Assembly (NCBI GenBank): GCA_963771885.1
Contig: CAVYVF010000023.1
Span: 352,001-416,000 of the forward strand
Direction: 5' to 3'
From: Candidatus Bathyarchaeota archaeon
GTDB lineage: Archaea > Thermoproteota > Bathyarchaeia > TCS64
DNA length: 64,000 nucleotides
Shown: positions 10,028 to 20,680 of the stretch, in pieces
How the letters are laid out: every line of letters begins with the position of its first letter
Position numbering within the stretch: the first letter of the stretch is position 1
Notes under the pieces: model-generated
Told to the model about the DNA's origin: nothing
Database searches by the model: none
What the model saw: the letters and a program-made list of their open reading frames with translations, nothing else
Made by a program: the position numbers and the translations under genes

Positions 10028-11281
10028 CTACTGCTTATTGCACCAGCGGAGTATACTGATGGCGTAAGTCTTCGCTGCCGCCTTGAGGCTGTCGATGCTC
10101 ACGGACTCGTTAGCGGTGTGCGCCTGCCGCAGTTCTCCTGGGCCGAAGATCATCGTTGGTGTATTTCCAAGGTTGACGAGTAGGCGCATATCGCTACTGT
10201 ACGTTTTCCCCTCGACCTTCGGCGTGGAGCCTGAGACGTCCCTGTACGCCGCCTTGACAGTCTCCATAATCGGGTGGTCGCTAGGTATCTTGGCGGGGTC
10301 GAAACGGTAGCCGTTCCAGTCGACCACTGGCTGGTGTGTCTTGAGCCAAGGGTCAGCGTCAGCCGCCCTCTTCACCGCGGACTCTACCTGCCTCTTGACC
10401 AGATCGCAGGTCTCGTCGGTGTGGACACCGACGCGTCCCTCGAAGTAGAGGTTCTCGGGGACGGTACCAGGCCACTCGCCGCCTACTATCTTGCCTATGC
10501 TGAGGGGGGAGGGTACGTCGAAGCTGGCGTATAGGGGGTCCTTGATGCGGGCATTCCTCTCTGCCTCGAGCCTCTTCAGTGCCTCGTAGAGGGGGAGGAA
10601 CTTGTCAATGGCACTTACGCCGTCTGTGCGGAGGCTGGCGTGCGCTGCTTTGCCCTGGACGGTGACGCGGAATGCCATGACGCCGGCGTGGGCTGGGACG
10701 GCACTGAGCTCGCTGGGTTCGGGGACTATCGCAGCGTCCGCCCTGTAGCCCCTGAGAACCGCGTCTAGTGCGCCTACGCCGCCGTCCTCCTCGCCGATGA
10801 CAGTCTCAAGCATCATCTTACCCTTAAGAGGCGTGCCCGAGTCTACGATTGCCTTCATAGCATATAGTGCGGCGACTATTCCTCCTTTCATGTCGGCGGA
10901 GCCTCGCCCGTAGACACGCCCTTCGGAGATAGTTCCCTTCCACGGCGGGTACCTCCACTTCGACTCGTCGCCGGGGGAGACTACATCTATGTGCCCATTG
11001 ACCATCAGGCTTGGTCCCTTTCCCTCGCCGTAGCTTGCGAGTACCCCGATGCCCTCCTTCCGGGGGATCGGCATGCTGAATGCGGGGTGGTGCTTGATCT
11101 TCTCGAAGTCGACGTCCCACGTCTCAACGGCAAGTCCCAACTCCCTCATGTTAGCGGCGATGTTCCTCTGAGCGGCCGTCTCCTGCCCTCCAACGCTAGG
11201 CACCGAAATCAGCTCGCAGAGATACTCAACGAGTCCGTCGACGTCGATTGAGTCCAGAACCCGCCTCTCAACTTCCCTCAT
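10028..11281 (-). CDS. M20 family ArgE/DapE-like deacylase
   Basis: NGHIDVV, GRGSADMKGG, GEEDGG and AHTANE metal ligands. Confidence 0.9.
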   Translation of the reverse strand: MREVERRVLDSIDVDGLVEYLCELISVPSVGGQETAAQRNIAANMRELGLAVETWDVDFEKIKHHPAFSMPIPRKEGIGVLASYGEGKGPSLMVNGHIDVVSPGDESKWRYPPWKGTISEGRVYGRGSADMKGGIVAALYAMKAIVDSGTPLKGKMMLETVIGEEDGGVGALDAVLRGYRADAAIVPEPSELSAVPAHAGVMAFRVTVQGKAAHASLRTDGVSAIDKFLPLYEALKRLEAERNARIKDPLYASFDVPSPLSIGKIVGGEWPGTVPENLYFEGRVGVHTDETCDLVKRQVESAVKRAADADPWLKTHQPVVDWNGYRFDPAKIPSDHPIMETVKAAYRDVSGSTPKVEGKTYSSDMRLLVNLGNTPTMIFGPGELRQAHTANESVSIDSLKAAAKTYAISILRWCNKQ

Positions 11282-11385
11282 AAGCTTCAGGAGTATGGGC
11301 GCCGCCTAAGCATTATAGCCTTACCCGACGTGCGCGAAGCGTTAAAACCGGCACGAAGACTCATTCATGGTATAGGTGCCACGAG

Positions 11386-12411
11386 ATGCGCACAGTTGTT
11401 AAGAGCAAACCCGCCCCCGGCGTTGAGTTCGCCGAGGTACCCAAACCAGAGATCGCCCCCGACGAGGTGCTAATAGAAGTAAAGGCAGCCGCCATTTGCG
11501 GCAGTGACCTCGGCATCTACGACTACACCCCCGCCTACTCGAAGATGAGGCTCCCCGTCGTTATGGGACATGAGTTCTCGGGCAGGGTCACCGAGGTGGG
11601 GAAGGAGGTAAAGGGTTACAAGGCGGGCGACAGGGTCCTCGCCGAATCCGTAAAGGCATGCGGAGTATGCATCTACTGCCGCTCGGGGTACGAGAACCTC
11701 TGCGACGCCTCTACCCTATTCGGCATACACGTCGACGGCGGAATGGCGGAGTACGTCGCCGTCCCCTGCAAGCTCCTGCACAGGCTCCCTGACGAGCTCG
11801 ACTATGACATCGGCGCCTTAATCGAGCCTCTGAGCAACGCCCTCCACTTCGTAAAGGACTGTACCCCCGTCAAGCTCGGCGATCAAGTCGTCGTCCAAGG
11901 TTGTGGCCCCATCGGCCTATTCAGTGCCCAGCTCTTCCGATTAGCAGGGGCTGAGGTCATCGTCACGGGCGTCAACGTAGATACGGAGCGGTTCAAGATT
12001 GCGGAGGGGCTCGGCTTAGAGACAGTGAACGTGGAAAAGGAGGATCTCGCTAAAATCGTGTTGGAGAAGACGGGTGGGCGTGGTGCCGACACAGCCTTCG
12101 TCGCCACCGGTGCGCCACCCGCTGTCGCACAGGCAGCCCAGATAGTAAAGAAGAGAGGCCAGATTACCGTCATAGGAATATTCGGGCGCCCCGTCGAGCT
12201 CCCCCTAACCCAGATGGTGCGGAGAGAGATCACCCTAAGCGGCGCATATGACGCGAAGCCAGAGAACTTTGACCAATCCATAGAGCTCGCGAAGAGCGGC
12301 GCCGTTAAGGTCGAGGATCTCATCACACACCGCTTCCCCCTCGAAAATGCAAATGAGGCGTTCGAGGCGGCAAAGAGCCGCGTCGGTTGCAAGGTCCTCT
12401 TCGTTCCCTAG
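11386..12411 (+). CDS. Zn-dependent medium-chain dehydrogenase (threonine/sorbitol dehydrogenase-like)
   Basis: ICGSD, GHEFSG, CGVCIYC..C and GCGPIG. Confidence 0.9.
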   Translation: MRTVVKSKPAPGVEFAEVPKPEIAPDEVLIEVKAAAICGSDLGIYDYTPAYSKMRLPVVMGHEFSGRVTEVGKEVKGYKAGDRVLAESVKACGVCIYCRSGYENLCDASTLFGIHVDGGMAEYVAVPCKLLHRLPDELDYDIGALIEPLSNALHFVKDCTPVKLGDQVVVQGCGPIGLFSAQLFRLAGAEVIVTGVNVDTERFKIAEGLGLETVNVEKEDLAKIVLEKTGGRGADTAFVATGAPPAVAQAAQIVKKRGQITVIGIFGRPVELPLTQMVRREITLSGAYDAKPENFDQSIELAKSGAVKVEDLITHRFPLENANEAFEAAKSRVGCKVLFVP

Positions 12412-12449
12412 ACCTAATTAGCGCCATTTTCAGCCTCGAATCGGTCACG

Positions 12450-12620
12450 TTGTTCAGGATCGAGAGGTCGATAGCCGCCTGAGGTGACGGATGGGCGTCG
12501 CGTCCTCATCGACCGGTTCAGACCCATAGGTGTCAGTAAGGAGAGGGCAAGGATAGACTAGTGGCTCAAGGAGACGGCGCTAGACAACCAAGCTGTCGCC
12601 TTTAAAGCACTCCTCCTAAC
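12450..12620 (+). pseudogene. DUF488/YeaO-family remnant
   Basis: Frame from 12481 reads EVTDGRRVLIDRFRPIGVSKERARID*WLKETA; compare family pattern DG.RVLVDRLWPRG.SKE.A.ID.WLK. Confidence 0.6.
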
Positions 12621-12753
12621 TTCCAAAAGTATATCACCTGCAGGGCAGAGATCCTCTTCCCATTCTTGACGAACCTACTCGCCAGTTGACTATATATCCT
12701 ATATTTTCTACGTCGCCAAACCCTATAGCCCAAGGAAAGCACGTCTATATTAG

Positions 12754-13011
12754 GTGAATGAAATGGACGCGGCGACTACTGCGGCGGTTGCGGCTGAGGC
12801 CCACGCTAGCGGCTACAGGCTCAAGTTTGACAGGGAGGATTTCCTCCAACTCGTCGACATAGCCAAGCCCCGTATCATCTATCGGCGAGGCAAAAACCAC
12901 CTATTCTCCTACGACGGCTTCGTCATGTATAGCCAGAAGTGCAGCGACGAGGACTTAAAGGCCAAGATAATCCACGCCATCGAGTTCAGCAACTACAGCT
13001 GGGAGACCTAG
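12754..13011 (+). CDS. Small hypothetical protein
   Basis: 85-aa ORF with host-like codon usage; preceded by a TATA-like sequence. Confidence 0.6.
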   Translation: MNEMDAATTAAVAAEAHASGYRLKFDREDFLQLVDIAKPRIIYRRGKNHLFSYDGFVMYSQKCSDEDLKAKIIHAIEFSNYSWET

Positions 13012-13150
13012 TACCCGTTCTGTCCCATCGGGGCGTGACCATCACCGCCCCGATGCGAGCATCAGCCGTTGGAAAACCTTTATAATATCAGACGTGATGT
13101 AGGCAGGGTGCATCAGGCAGCCTGAGCCGATGAAAGTGGTTGAATCACCG

Positions 13151-13588
13151 ATGAGTACAAGGACAGTCATAGACGCCGACGGCCTCATATTGGGTAGGAT
13201 GGCCAGCGTCATAGCCAAGAGGCTTCTAGCCGGCGAAACGATTGAGCTAGTGAATGCGCAGAACGTCGTCATCTCCGGTAACAAGGGCAAGCTGGTCGAG
13301 GAGTGGAAGGAGTTCGTCCACGTCGGAGGATTCGGCAAGGGCCCGGTCCATCACAGGAGGCCCCACGAGATCGTCCGCAGGACCGTACGCGGTATGCTCC
13401 CATACAGGATCCCGAAGGGCGAGGCCGCCTACAAGAGGCTGCACGTCCACCTCGGCATCCCCGATGAGTTCGCTAAGGCGGAGATGGAGAAGATGCCCGA
13501 GTACCACAGCAGTAAGCTCAACCACAGAGGAGTCACAGTCGGCGAGCTCGCGGAGAGCATCGGCTGGAACAAGATGGGAGTAGAGTAA
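13151..13588 (+). CDS. rpl13: 50S ribosomal protein uL13 (archaeal)
   Basis: IDADGLILGRMAS..AKRLL, GP.H.RRP..IVRRTVRGMLP. Confidence 0.96.
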   Translation: MSTRTVIDADGLILGRMASVIAKRLLAGETIELVNAQNVVISGNKGKLVEEWKEFVHVGGFGKGPVHHRRPHEIVRRTVRGMLPYRIPKGEAAYKRLHVHLGIPDEFAKAEMEKMPEYHSSKLNHRGVTVGELAESIGWNKMGVE

Positions 13589-13589
13589 G

Positions 13590-14018
13590 ATGTCCGCAGC
13601 ACCAGCAGCAGTCCCCAAGAAAAAGTCCACGATCACAACCGGCAAGCGCAAGACCGCGAAGGCACGCGTCGCTGTAACCGAGGGCAAGGGCAGGGTAAGG
13701 ATCAACAACATTCCCGTCCACCTACACCAGCCCATAATGGCACGCGAGATGGTTCTCGAACCATTCCTCATCGCGGGTGACATCGGGACCAAGCTCGATG
13801 TTGACATTCAGGTCCAGGGCGGCGGCCCCCTCAGTCAGGCGGAGGCGGCGCGCATGGGGCTAGCACAGGGGCTCGTTAAGTACACGAAGAGCAAGAGGCT
13901 CAAGAGCACATTCATCGAGCACGACCGCACGATGCTCAGCGGAGACGCGCGCAGGAAGGAGCCGAAGAAGTTCGGTGGACCAAGCGCACGCAGGCGTAAG
14001 CAGAAGAGCTACAGGTGA
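13590..14018 (+). CDS. rps9: 30S ribosomal protein uS9
   Basis: GKRKTAKAR and KEPKKFGGPSARRRKQKSYR. Confidence 0.97.
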   Translation: MSAAPAAVPKKKSTITTGKRKTAKARVAVTEGKGRVRINNIPVHLHQPIMAREMVLEPFLIAGDIGTKLDVDIQVQGGGPLSQAEAARMGLAQGLVKYTKSKRLKSTFIEHDRTMLSGDARRKEPKKFGGPSARRRKQKSYR

Positions 14019-14023
14019 CCTGA

Positions 14024-14326
14024 ATGCCCAGCTTTATTTCGCCTATGGTTTTCCGCCCCGAGACTGTTCGTGAGGGTCGAGGCTTTAGTCTCGCAGAGAT
14101 TCAGGCCGCTGGTTTGAACGCTGGCGAGGCGAAGATCCTCGGCGTCCCAGTGGACTTGCGCAGGAAGTCGAACCATGAGGAGAATGTCGAGATTCTCAAG
14201 GACTTCGCCGCACAGGCGAAGGAGAGCGGCGTAAAGATGCCGAAGCCGAAGCAAACCTCGAAGGGTCAGCGTGGCAGGGCGCAGCGCAGCGTCACCAAGG
14301 CCGGACACAAGAGTAGGGGCATCTAA
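14024..14326 (+). CDS. rpl13e: 50S ribosomal protein eL13
   Basis: [16 protein letters not shown]...[16 protein letters not shown]. Confidence 0.9.
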   Translation: MPSFISPMVFRPETVREGRGFSLAEIQAAGLNAGEAKILGVPVDLRRKSNHEENVEILKDFAAQAKESGVKMPKPKQTSKGQRGRAQRSVTKAGHKSRGI

Positions 14327-14350
14327 ACCCCCTTATCTTCTCGAAAGCAT

Positions 14351-14370
14351 CTACACCCTCTACGGTGTAG
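14351..14370. terminator. Hairpin between convergent genes
   Basis: CTACACC-ctctac-GGTGTAG, 7-bp perfect stem. Confidence 0.4.
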
Positions 14371-14404
14371 TGGGTTGAAAATGAAAAAATGAGCCTCTTC
14401 GGCT

Positions 14405-15559
14405 CTACTTGTTCTTTACTGCTTTCTCAATCCTGTCGAGGGCCTCGCCGAGGATGGACTCGCTTGTAGCGATGGTCATCCTCATGTGCATCTCGCCCTC
14501 TGGACCGAACTCTGTTCCTGTGCCGAGGCCGACTTTCGCCGTCTCCATCATGAGCTTCTCGAGTTCCTTGTGGGTCATCTTCACGTTGAATTTGGGGAAC
14601 ATTAGGTAGGTGCCCTGCAGCTCGGGTACGGTGCAGCCCATCTCGGTGAAGCGCTTCGTAGCGATTCCCCTGATCTTGTGGAGGTGGTTCATGATGTCCT
14701 TGACCCAGTACTCGCTGTGCCTATCGAGTGCAGCTTGGGCGGCGACGAGGCTGAGCGTTGTGGTGCCGCGGAGCACGCCCTTGGCGCGCTTCTTGAGGCT
14801 CTCCATCACATTCGGGGTGGCGGTCAGGTAGCCGCACTGGAGGCCGGGGAGGCCCCACGTCTTACTGATGCCCCAGCTCGTCACCGTGAGGTCAGCGACC
14901 TCGGGGCTGAGCGTTGCGAGGCTGACGTGCTGCCTGCCGTCGAAGACTATGTCGTCCCAGAGCTCGTCGACCATGATGTTGATCTTGTTGTCGACTGCGA
15001 TGTCGGCAATGCCCTTGAGCTCTTCCTTTGTCATGACACGGCCACTGGGGTTGTGGGGGTTGCAGACGAAGATGAGCTTCGTCTTATTCGTGACAGCTTT
15101 CTTGAGTCCTTCGATGTCGAACTTGTAGCCGTCCTCCTCATGGATCTTCCAGTAGCTGGGCTTCATCTGGCAGGTTTCAACGGCGGTGAAGAATGGGTAA
15201 TACATGGGGTCGGTGACTACGATCTCATCACCGGGCTTCGCTCCGCTGTTCTGGATGGAGAGCCACATCGCTGGGATGACGCCCTGCGTGACGTAGATGT
15301 CATCCTTGGTGAGCTTGAAGCCATTCTTCTTGTTGACCCTCTCCGCCATCGCGGCGCGGGCCTTGTCGTCGGTGTTGTAGAGCAGGTCCTCGTCCTGAAC
15401 CGCGTTGATGAGCGCCTTCTTGATCATGGGTGCAGTCGCGAAGTCGGGGTCCGCGAGCCACATGCCGATGACATCTGGGGGGTCGCGGTGCCACTTTATG
15501 CCGGGCGCCGCGAGCATGCCCTCGATGGTTGATGAGTTGAGTACATCCTCGTTGTACAT
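14405..15559 (-). CDS. PLP-dependent aminotransferase / C-S lyase (MalY/PatB-like)
   Basis: MWLADPDF, CNPHNPSGRV, DELWDD and SKTWGLPGL; start placed at MYNEDV. Confidence 0.88.
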   Translation of the reverse strand: MYNEDVLNSSTIEGMLAAPGIKWHRDPPDVIGMWLADPDFATAPMIKKALINAVQDEDLLYNTDDKARAAMAERVNKKNGFKLTKDDIYVTQGVIPAMWLSIQNSGAKPGDEIVVTDPMYYPFFTAVETCQMKPSYWKIHEEDGYKFDIEGLKKAVTNKTKLIFVCNPHNPSGRVMTKEELKGIADIAVDNKINIMVDELWDDIVFDGRQHVSLATLSPEVADLTVTSWGISKTWGLPGLQCGYLTATPNVMESLKKRAKGVLRGTTTLSLVAAQAALDRHSEYWVKDIMNHLHKIRGIATKRFTEMGCTVPELQGTYLMFPKFNVKMTHKELEKLMMETAKVGLGTGTEFGPEGEMHMRMTIATSESILGEALDRIEKAVKNK

Positions 15560-15691
15560 AATCCGTTCACTCTTAGCGATTGAAGTGTCCAGCGGATGGT
15601 AATAATCGTTTTGATGGGTTTTCAATCATCTTTGAAGGGCGGAAAACGATAACGATATAAGAGTAATGGCAAACGCTTACGGGAGAATGGT

Positions 15692-15970
15692 ATGAAGATT
15701 CTCCTCTACTTCGACTGGGCGGGCAGCAGAAAGGAGCTTAGGGAGCATGATAAGAGGATGCAGAAGGCCGCCAAGGAAGTCGGCGTCGAGTACATGGGTA
15801 TCCACGGCTCCATGAATCAGAAGTGGAACTACTGCTGGCTCTTCGACGCCCGCAGCTATGACCATTTCATGGAGATGACCGCCAAGATTCCGAGGCCACC
15901 TCAGATGACTCACTACGTTACAGAGCACCTCATTCCCGTAAAACTCCCAGTCGACGAGCCAAACATGTAG
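15692..15970 (+). CDS. Small hypothetical protein (possible dimeric alpha/beta barrel)
   Basis: 92-aa ORF with strong host codon bias, behind a TATA-like GATATAAG. Confidence 0.65.
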   Translation: MKILLYFDWAGSRKELREHDKRMQKAAKEVGVEYMGIHGSMNQKWNYCWLFDARSYDHFMEMTAKIPRPPQMTHYVTEHLIPVKLPVDEPNM

Positions 15971-15983
15971 GAGCCCCGCTTTC

Positions 15984-16898
15984 TCACGGGCTATTAGCAG
16001 TTACCCTTGCACCTACTTCATCGATCCCCACTACCACCGACTCTGAGCCGGGGAACCTTTTCTCGATCAGTGTCGCTGCTTCGAGGGCCCTGCTCCTCTC
16101 CATGATGGCGAAGGCGACCTCTCCGAACATCGCCATCGTGAACGTGTAGCCCTCAGCGTCCATCACGTCAAAGACGGCGCGGAGACGCGGCGTGACCAAT
16201 CCAACGTGCTCGGTGAAGGCGCGGCTCAGCCTCATGAACCTCTCCGCCTCCGGGTGCGAGGCGAGTTCGTCGACGGATTTGCCGCCGAGCTTGTTTATCT
16301 TTGCCCTTAAGGCGGGGTTGCTCAGCGCCTCCTTCGTCGGTATGGGACCGTAGTAGATGTAGACGACACGGAACCTCTTGGCGCCGGGGTAGCTTAACGC
16401 CTCGCCGATGCCGGGGGCGCCTGGTTTCGTAAGTATGCCGAATCCTCCCCTCTCCGCGGCGAAGACACTGCCGAGGCCCGTCTTGCACTCGATCTCCGCG
16501 ACGTGAGCAATCTGAGCCGCCTCGACCTTCGTGAGCCCCGCGTCTGCAGCCTCGTTTAGGGCAAGGGCAAGACTGAGAGCTCCCCCGCCGCTACTGCCAA
16601 AGCCGGCGACTGAGGGCGTCTCGACGACGTGTTCAACTGCGAGCTCCTGCGGCTTGATACGCCCCTTAAACTTGTTGAGGACGTACTCGGAGACGAACGC
16701 TTCTCTCGTCTGATTACCGTTGATCTTGACTTTCCAGTTAGTCGCCACGGCGGGTTTAACAGTGACCGTGGTGTAGACACCGAGATCGAGGCTGATGCCT
16801 GAGCCCCGTGCGCCTCTCTGGAGGAGGTCAGCGGCCTGGTCGCATATCTGGAATAAGCCGGTGAGGTGTCCGGGGGCGAATGCCGTGGCTCTTCCCAT
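15984..16898 (-). CDS. Archaeal pantoate kinase (GHMP kinase)
   Basis: AFAPGHLTGLF, GFGSSGGGAL, AHVAEI..KTGLG and AMFGE; start at MGRATAF. Confidence 0.88.
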   Translation of the reverse strand: MGRATAFAPGHLTGLFQICDQAADLLQRGARGSGISLDLGVYTTVTVKPAVATNWKVKINGNQTREAFVSEYVLNKFKGRIKPQELAVEHVVETPSVAGFGSSGGGALSLALALNEAADAGLTKVEAAQIAHVAEIECKTGLGSVFAAERGGFGILTKPGAPGIGEALSYPGAKRFRVVYIYYGPIPTKEALSNPALRAKINKLGGKSVDELASHPEAERFMRLSRAFTEHVGLVTPRLRAVFDVMDAEGYTFTMAMFGEVAFAIMERSRALEAATLIEKRFPGSESVVVGIDEVGARVTANSP

Positions 16899-16941
16899 AG
16901 CGAATCGCGTCAGGGGTGTTGCCCGGCCGGGATAAGCGTTG

Positions 16942-18162
16942 CTACTTGAGGGAGTGATAGTCGAAGGGCTTCTTCGGGTCGGCGACAGGCGCCTCGACGG
17001 TGAAGAGGTCCGTGTACTTGAGGCCGGAGCCAGTGTTGAAGAGGACGACGCGCTCGTCCCTGTCGACGTGGCCCTGCTCAACCATCTTCCTGAGCGCCGA
17101 AATTGTTGCCGCGCCTTCTGGGCACGCGAATATTCCCTCAAGGCGGCTGATAAGGCGAACATCCGCTATCAACTCCTCATCGCTGACCGCTATCGCCTCG
17201 CCTCCGCTCTCCCGAACAGCCTTTAGGATGAGGAAGTCGCCTAGTGCCTTGGGGACGCGCAGCCCAGCGGCGACTGTATTCGCTCCGGTGAAGAACTCGC
17301 TCTCCTCCTTTCCCTCCTTGTACGCCTTGACAATTGGGCTGCAGCCCTCCGCCTGTACGCTTATCATGCGTGGGCGCTCGCCGCCTATCCAGCCCATCTC
17401 CTCGAGCTCGTCGAAGACCTTCCACATGCCGATGATGCCCGTGCCGCCGCCGGTGGGGTAGATGATGACATCTGGGAGCTTCCAGTCGAGCTGCTCTGCG
17501 ACCTCGAGGCCCATCGTCTTCTTTCCCTCGACCCTGTAGGGCTCACCGAGGGTGGCGACGCTGAACCAACCCATCTCGGGTATGCCGTCTTTAACGAGCT
17601 TGCCAGCGTCGCTGATGAGCCCCTTTACTAGGACGACCTTTGCGCCGACTACGTCGGACTCGACAGCGTTGACCTTGGGGGCGTCTTCGGGCATGAAGAC
17701 ATAGACCTCGAGGCCTGCGCGTGCGCCGTATGTAGCCATGGCGCCCGCTGCGTTGCCGGCGGAGGGAAGGGCGACGCGCTTCACGCCGAGCTCCTTCGCT
17801 TTACTGATCGCCGATGATAGGCCTCTCGCCTTGAAGCTGCCCGTCGGGATAATTCCCTCGTCCTTGACGAGCAGGTTCTTCAGACCGAGCGACTCGCCGA
17901 GCTTGGGCGTCGGCGTGAGGGGGGTCCAACCCTCGCCAAGGGTGACGACGTTCTCCGCCCTTCTAACGGGGAGTATCTCCCTGTACCTCCACATCGAGGC
18001 GACCCTACCCACCAGCTCACGCTTCGTGATCGTCTCCTTCGCCGCCTCAAGGTCGTACCTAGGAAAGAGCGGTTTCCCACACTTACTGCAGACCGTCTGC
18101 ACGACATCCGCGTCGTGGTGGGTGCAGCACTTCGAGCACTCTAGGTGTGTCATCTTACTCAA
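16942..18162 (-). CDS. thrC: Threonine synthase
   Basis: TLGEGWTPL, PTGSFKARG, SAGNAA, EGKKT and PTGGGTG. Confidence 0.9.
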   Translation of the reverse strand: MSKMTHLECSKCCTHHDADVVQTVCSKCGKPLFPRYDLEAAKETITKRELVGRVASMWRYREILPVRRAENVVTLGEGWTPLTPTPKLGESLGLKNLLVKDEGIIPTGSFKARGLSSAISKAKELGVKRVALPSAGNAAGAMATYGARAGLEVYVFMPEDAPKVNAVESDVVGAKVVLVKGLISDAGKLVKDGIPEMGWFSVATLGEPYRVEGKKTMGLEVAEQLDWKLPDVIIYPTGGGTGIIGMWKVFDELEEMGWIGGERPRMISVQAEGCSPIVKAYKEGKEESEFFTGANTVAAGLRVPKALGDFLILKAVRESGGEAIAVSDEELIADVRLISRLEGIFACPEGAATISALRKMVEQGHVDRDERVVLFNTGSGLKYTDLFTVEAPVADPKKPFDYHSLK

Positions 18163-18483
18163 CGGGGCTCAACCTACGTGTTACAGACGGTCCGCGGGGG
18201 TGTTAAGCGTAGCGCAGCGGCGTTGTGTGTACCGTGAATATTTTCACAAACCTTTTATTCGGAGGTGCGGCTGTTCCCCCTACATACCGTTGGAGATTGG
18301 TGTTATGGGGTATCGCTTTATCATGGCCGCCGAGTGGAGGGTGGCGTAGATGGGGAATTGCTTTATTCGGTAGTTCAAGCCCAGCGAAGGACTCTCAAAT
18401 AGCGGTTTGGAAACGTTTCTCGACACAGGAACCATCCTCGACAGGGATGGGTTCCCGATACTATGCCTCGGAGGTGCAAGCGC

Positions 18484-20176
18484 TTGGTTGAGATGCCCGG
18501 TACTCGTGCCGTCGTAAGGTCACTCGAATTGGAGGGCGTCAAGCACCTCTTCGGGCTTCCAGGCGGCGTCGTAATCCCGCTTTGCGACGAGATGTTGAAG
18601 GCGGACTTCCGCTTCATACTCGCGCGCCATGAGCAGGGTGCGGCGCACATGGCGGACGGCTACGCGCGGGCCACTGGCGGCGTCGGCGTCTGCCTCGCGA
18701 CATCGGGGCCAGGCGCCACGAACCTCGTCACAGGCGTCGCGACTGCGAACATCGACTCAAGCGCAGTCGTCGCACTCACGGGGCAGGTCACACGCGCCAC
18801 GATTGGTACAGATGCCTTCCAGGAAGTCGACATCATCGGCTGCAGCGCCTCCGTCACCAAGTACAACATGCAGGTCAGGAAGGCGAGCGAGATTCCACGC
18901 GCCGTCAAGTCGGCTTTCCGCATCGCCTCGACGGGTCGCAGGGGCGCGGTGCTCCTCGACCTACCCAAGGACGTAACAACGGACGTCGAGGACATCGTCT
19001 TCCCCGAGAACGTTAAACTCAGGGGCTACCGCCCTAACCACCAACCCGACCCGCGTGAGGTCGAGTGGGCGTCGACGCTCCTCGCCAAGGCTCAGAGGCC
19101 GGTCGTCGTCGCGGGTGGAGGCGTGATCAACGCTGGGGCGACACGTGAACTGGTGGCTCTCAGCGAGTACCTAATGGCTCCGACGGCGACCACCCTCATG
19201 GGCAAGGGCGCGTTCCCCGCCGACCACCCGCTCAGCCTCGGGCTCTGCGGGATGCATGGAACTCAGGCGGCGAACAACCTCGTCCCCGAGGCGGACGTCC
19301 TCCTCATAGTGGGGGCACGCCTCAGCGACAGGACAACTGGCGCGGTGAAGAGCTTCGCCCCCAACGCCAAGGTCATACACCTCGACATCGACAAGAGCGA
19401 GATAGACAAGAACGTGGAGACGGTGACGCGCGTCGTCGGAGACGCTGCCCTCGGGCTCCGCGGGCTCCTCTACAACGTCAGCAAACTCCGCGCGCAGGGC
19501 GACGCGGGCGCACAGTGGAGCAAGAAGGTCTCCGAGTTCAGGTGCCAGGTCCAGCCAAACGGGAACGGGCACAAGTCCGGCTACCTGCGCGCCCCCGACG
19601 TAGTCAAGACCATCCGCAAGACGCTGCCCCGCGAGTCCGTCGTCACGACGGAGGTCGGGCAATGCCAGATGTGGGCGGCGCTACACTACGACGCATACGA
19701 CCCGCGCACGTTCTTCACAAGCGGTGGCCTCGGCACGATGGGCTGGGGCTTCCCCGCAGCAATCGGCGTCAAGGCTGCTCGCCCGGACGTACCCGTCCTC
19801 GACATCGCGGGCGACGGCAGCTTCGGCATGACCGAGAACAACATGGCAACCAGCATCGAGGAGGGGCTCCCCGTCATCGTCGTCGTGCTCAACAACCAGA
19901 TGCTCGGCATGGTCGCACAGTGGCAGCGCCTCTTCTTCGACCACCGCTACTCCGCGGTCAAGCTCAAGGGCAACCCCGACATGGTCAAGCTCGCTGAGGC
20001 GTACGGCGCCGAGGGAGTCAGGGTCGACACCCTCGAGGGGCTCGAGGCGGCGATACAGACGCGCTACGAAGAGCGACGTCTCAACCGTTATCGACGTCCC
20101 CATCGACCCGGAGGAGAACGTCTACCCAATAGTGCCGCCCGGCGCGGGGCTCAAAGACGCGCTACTGGAGGCATAA
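18484..20176 (+). CDS. ilvB: Acetolactate synthase large subunit (one +1 frameshift near 20055)
   Basis: RHEQGA, TSGPGATN and GDGSF..NN. Conserved C-terminus ...VIDVPIDPEENVYPIVPPG* lies in the +1 frame and ends at TAA 20176. RBS GGAGGTG precedes TTG 18484. Confidence 0.92.
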
Positions 20177-20179
20177 GAG

Positions 20180-20680
20180 ATGAGCGAGAGACACGTAGTC
20201 GCGTTCCTCGTCGAGAACAGGCCAGGGGTGCTATTCAACATAAGCAACCTGTTCCGGCGCAAGAACTTCAACATACACAGCATCACCGCCGGCACCGTCC
20301 TCGACGATGACACCGTGAGGATCACAATCGTCGTCCAGGCGGACGCCCACGGAGTCAACCAGGTAGTCGAGCAGCTCGACAAGATGGTCGACGTAGTTGA
20401 GGTCAAGCGACTCGACCCGCTCCGCACGGTCAACAGGGAACTGATGCTGGTCAAGCTCACTACAACTGACCCGATGGCACGGGAGGAGGCGCTCAAGTTG
20501 GTAAACGATTACCATGGGCTCATCCTGAACATCGAGCCGGACAACCTTATAGCCGAGGTCACTGGTGAGTCTGAGGATGTAGACGCCTTCCTCGAGGCAG
20601 TCAAGCCCATAGGGGTCGAGGAGGTCTCGAGGACAGGAGTGACAGCCGTCGAGAAGGGGCGGCTCAAGCTGGAGAAGTGA
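20180..20680 (+). CDS. ilvN: Acetolactate synthase small subunit
   Basis: ACT domain VENRPGVL..ISNLFRRKNFNI, RELMLVK and RTGVTA. Confidence 0.93.
   Translation: MSERHVVAFLVENRPGVLFNISNLFRRKNFNIHSITAGTVLDDDTVRITIVVQADAHGVNQVVEQLDKMVDVVEVKRLDPLRTVNRELMLVKLTTTDPMAREEALKLVNDYHGLILNIEPDNLIAEVTGESEDVDAFLEAVKPIGVEEVSRTGVTAVEKGRLKLEK

Noticed and set aside
16899..17162. N-terminal extension of pantoate kinase overlapping thrC
   Set aside because: Off-frame read-through of thrC; homology starts at MGRATAF
20177..20310. Arg-rich IlvB C-terminal extension
   Set aside because: Frameshift artefact; the true C-terminus is in the +1 frame
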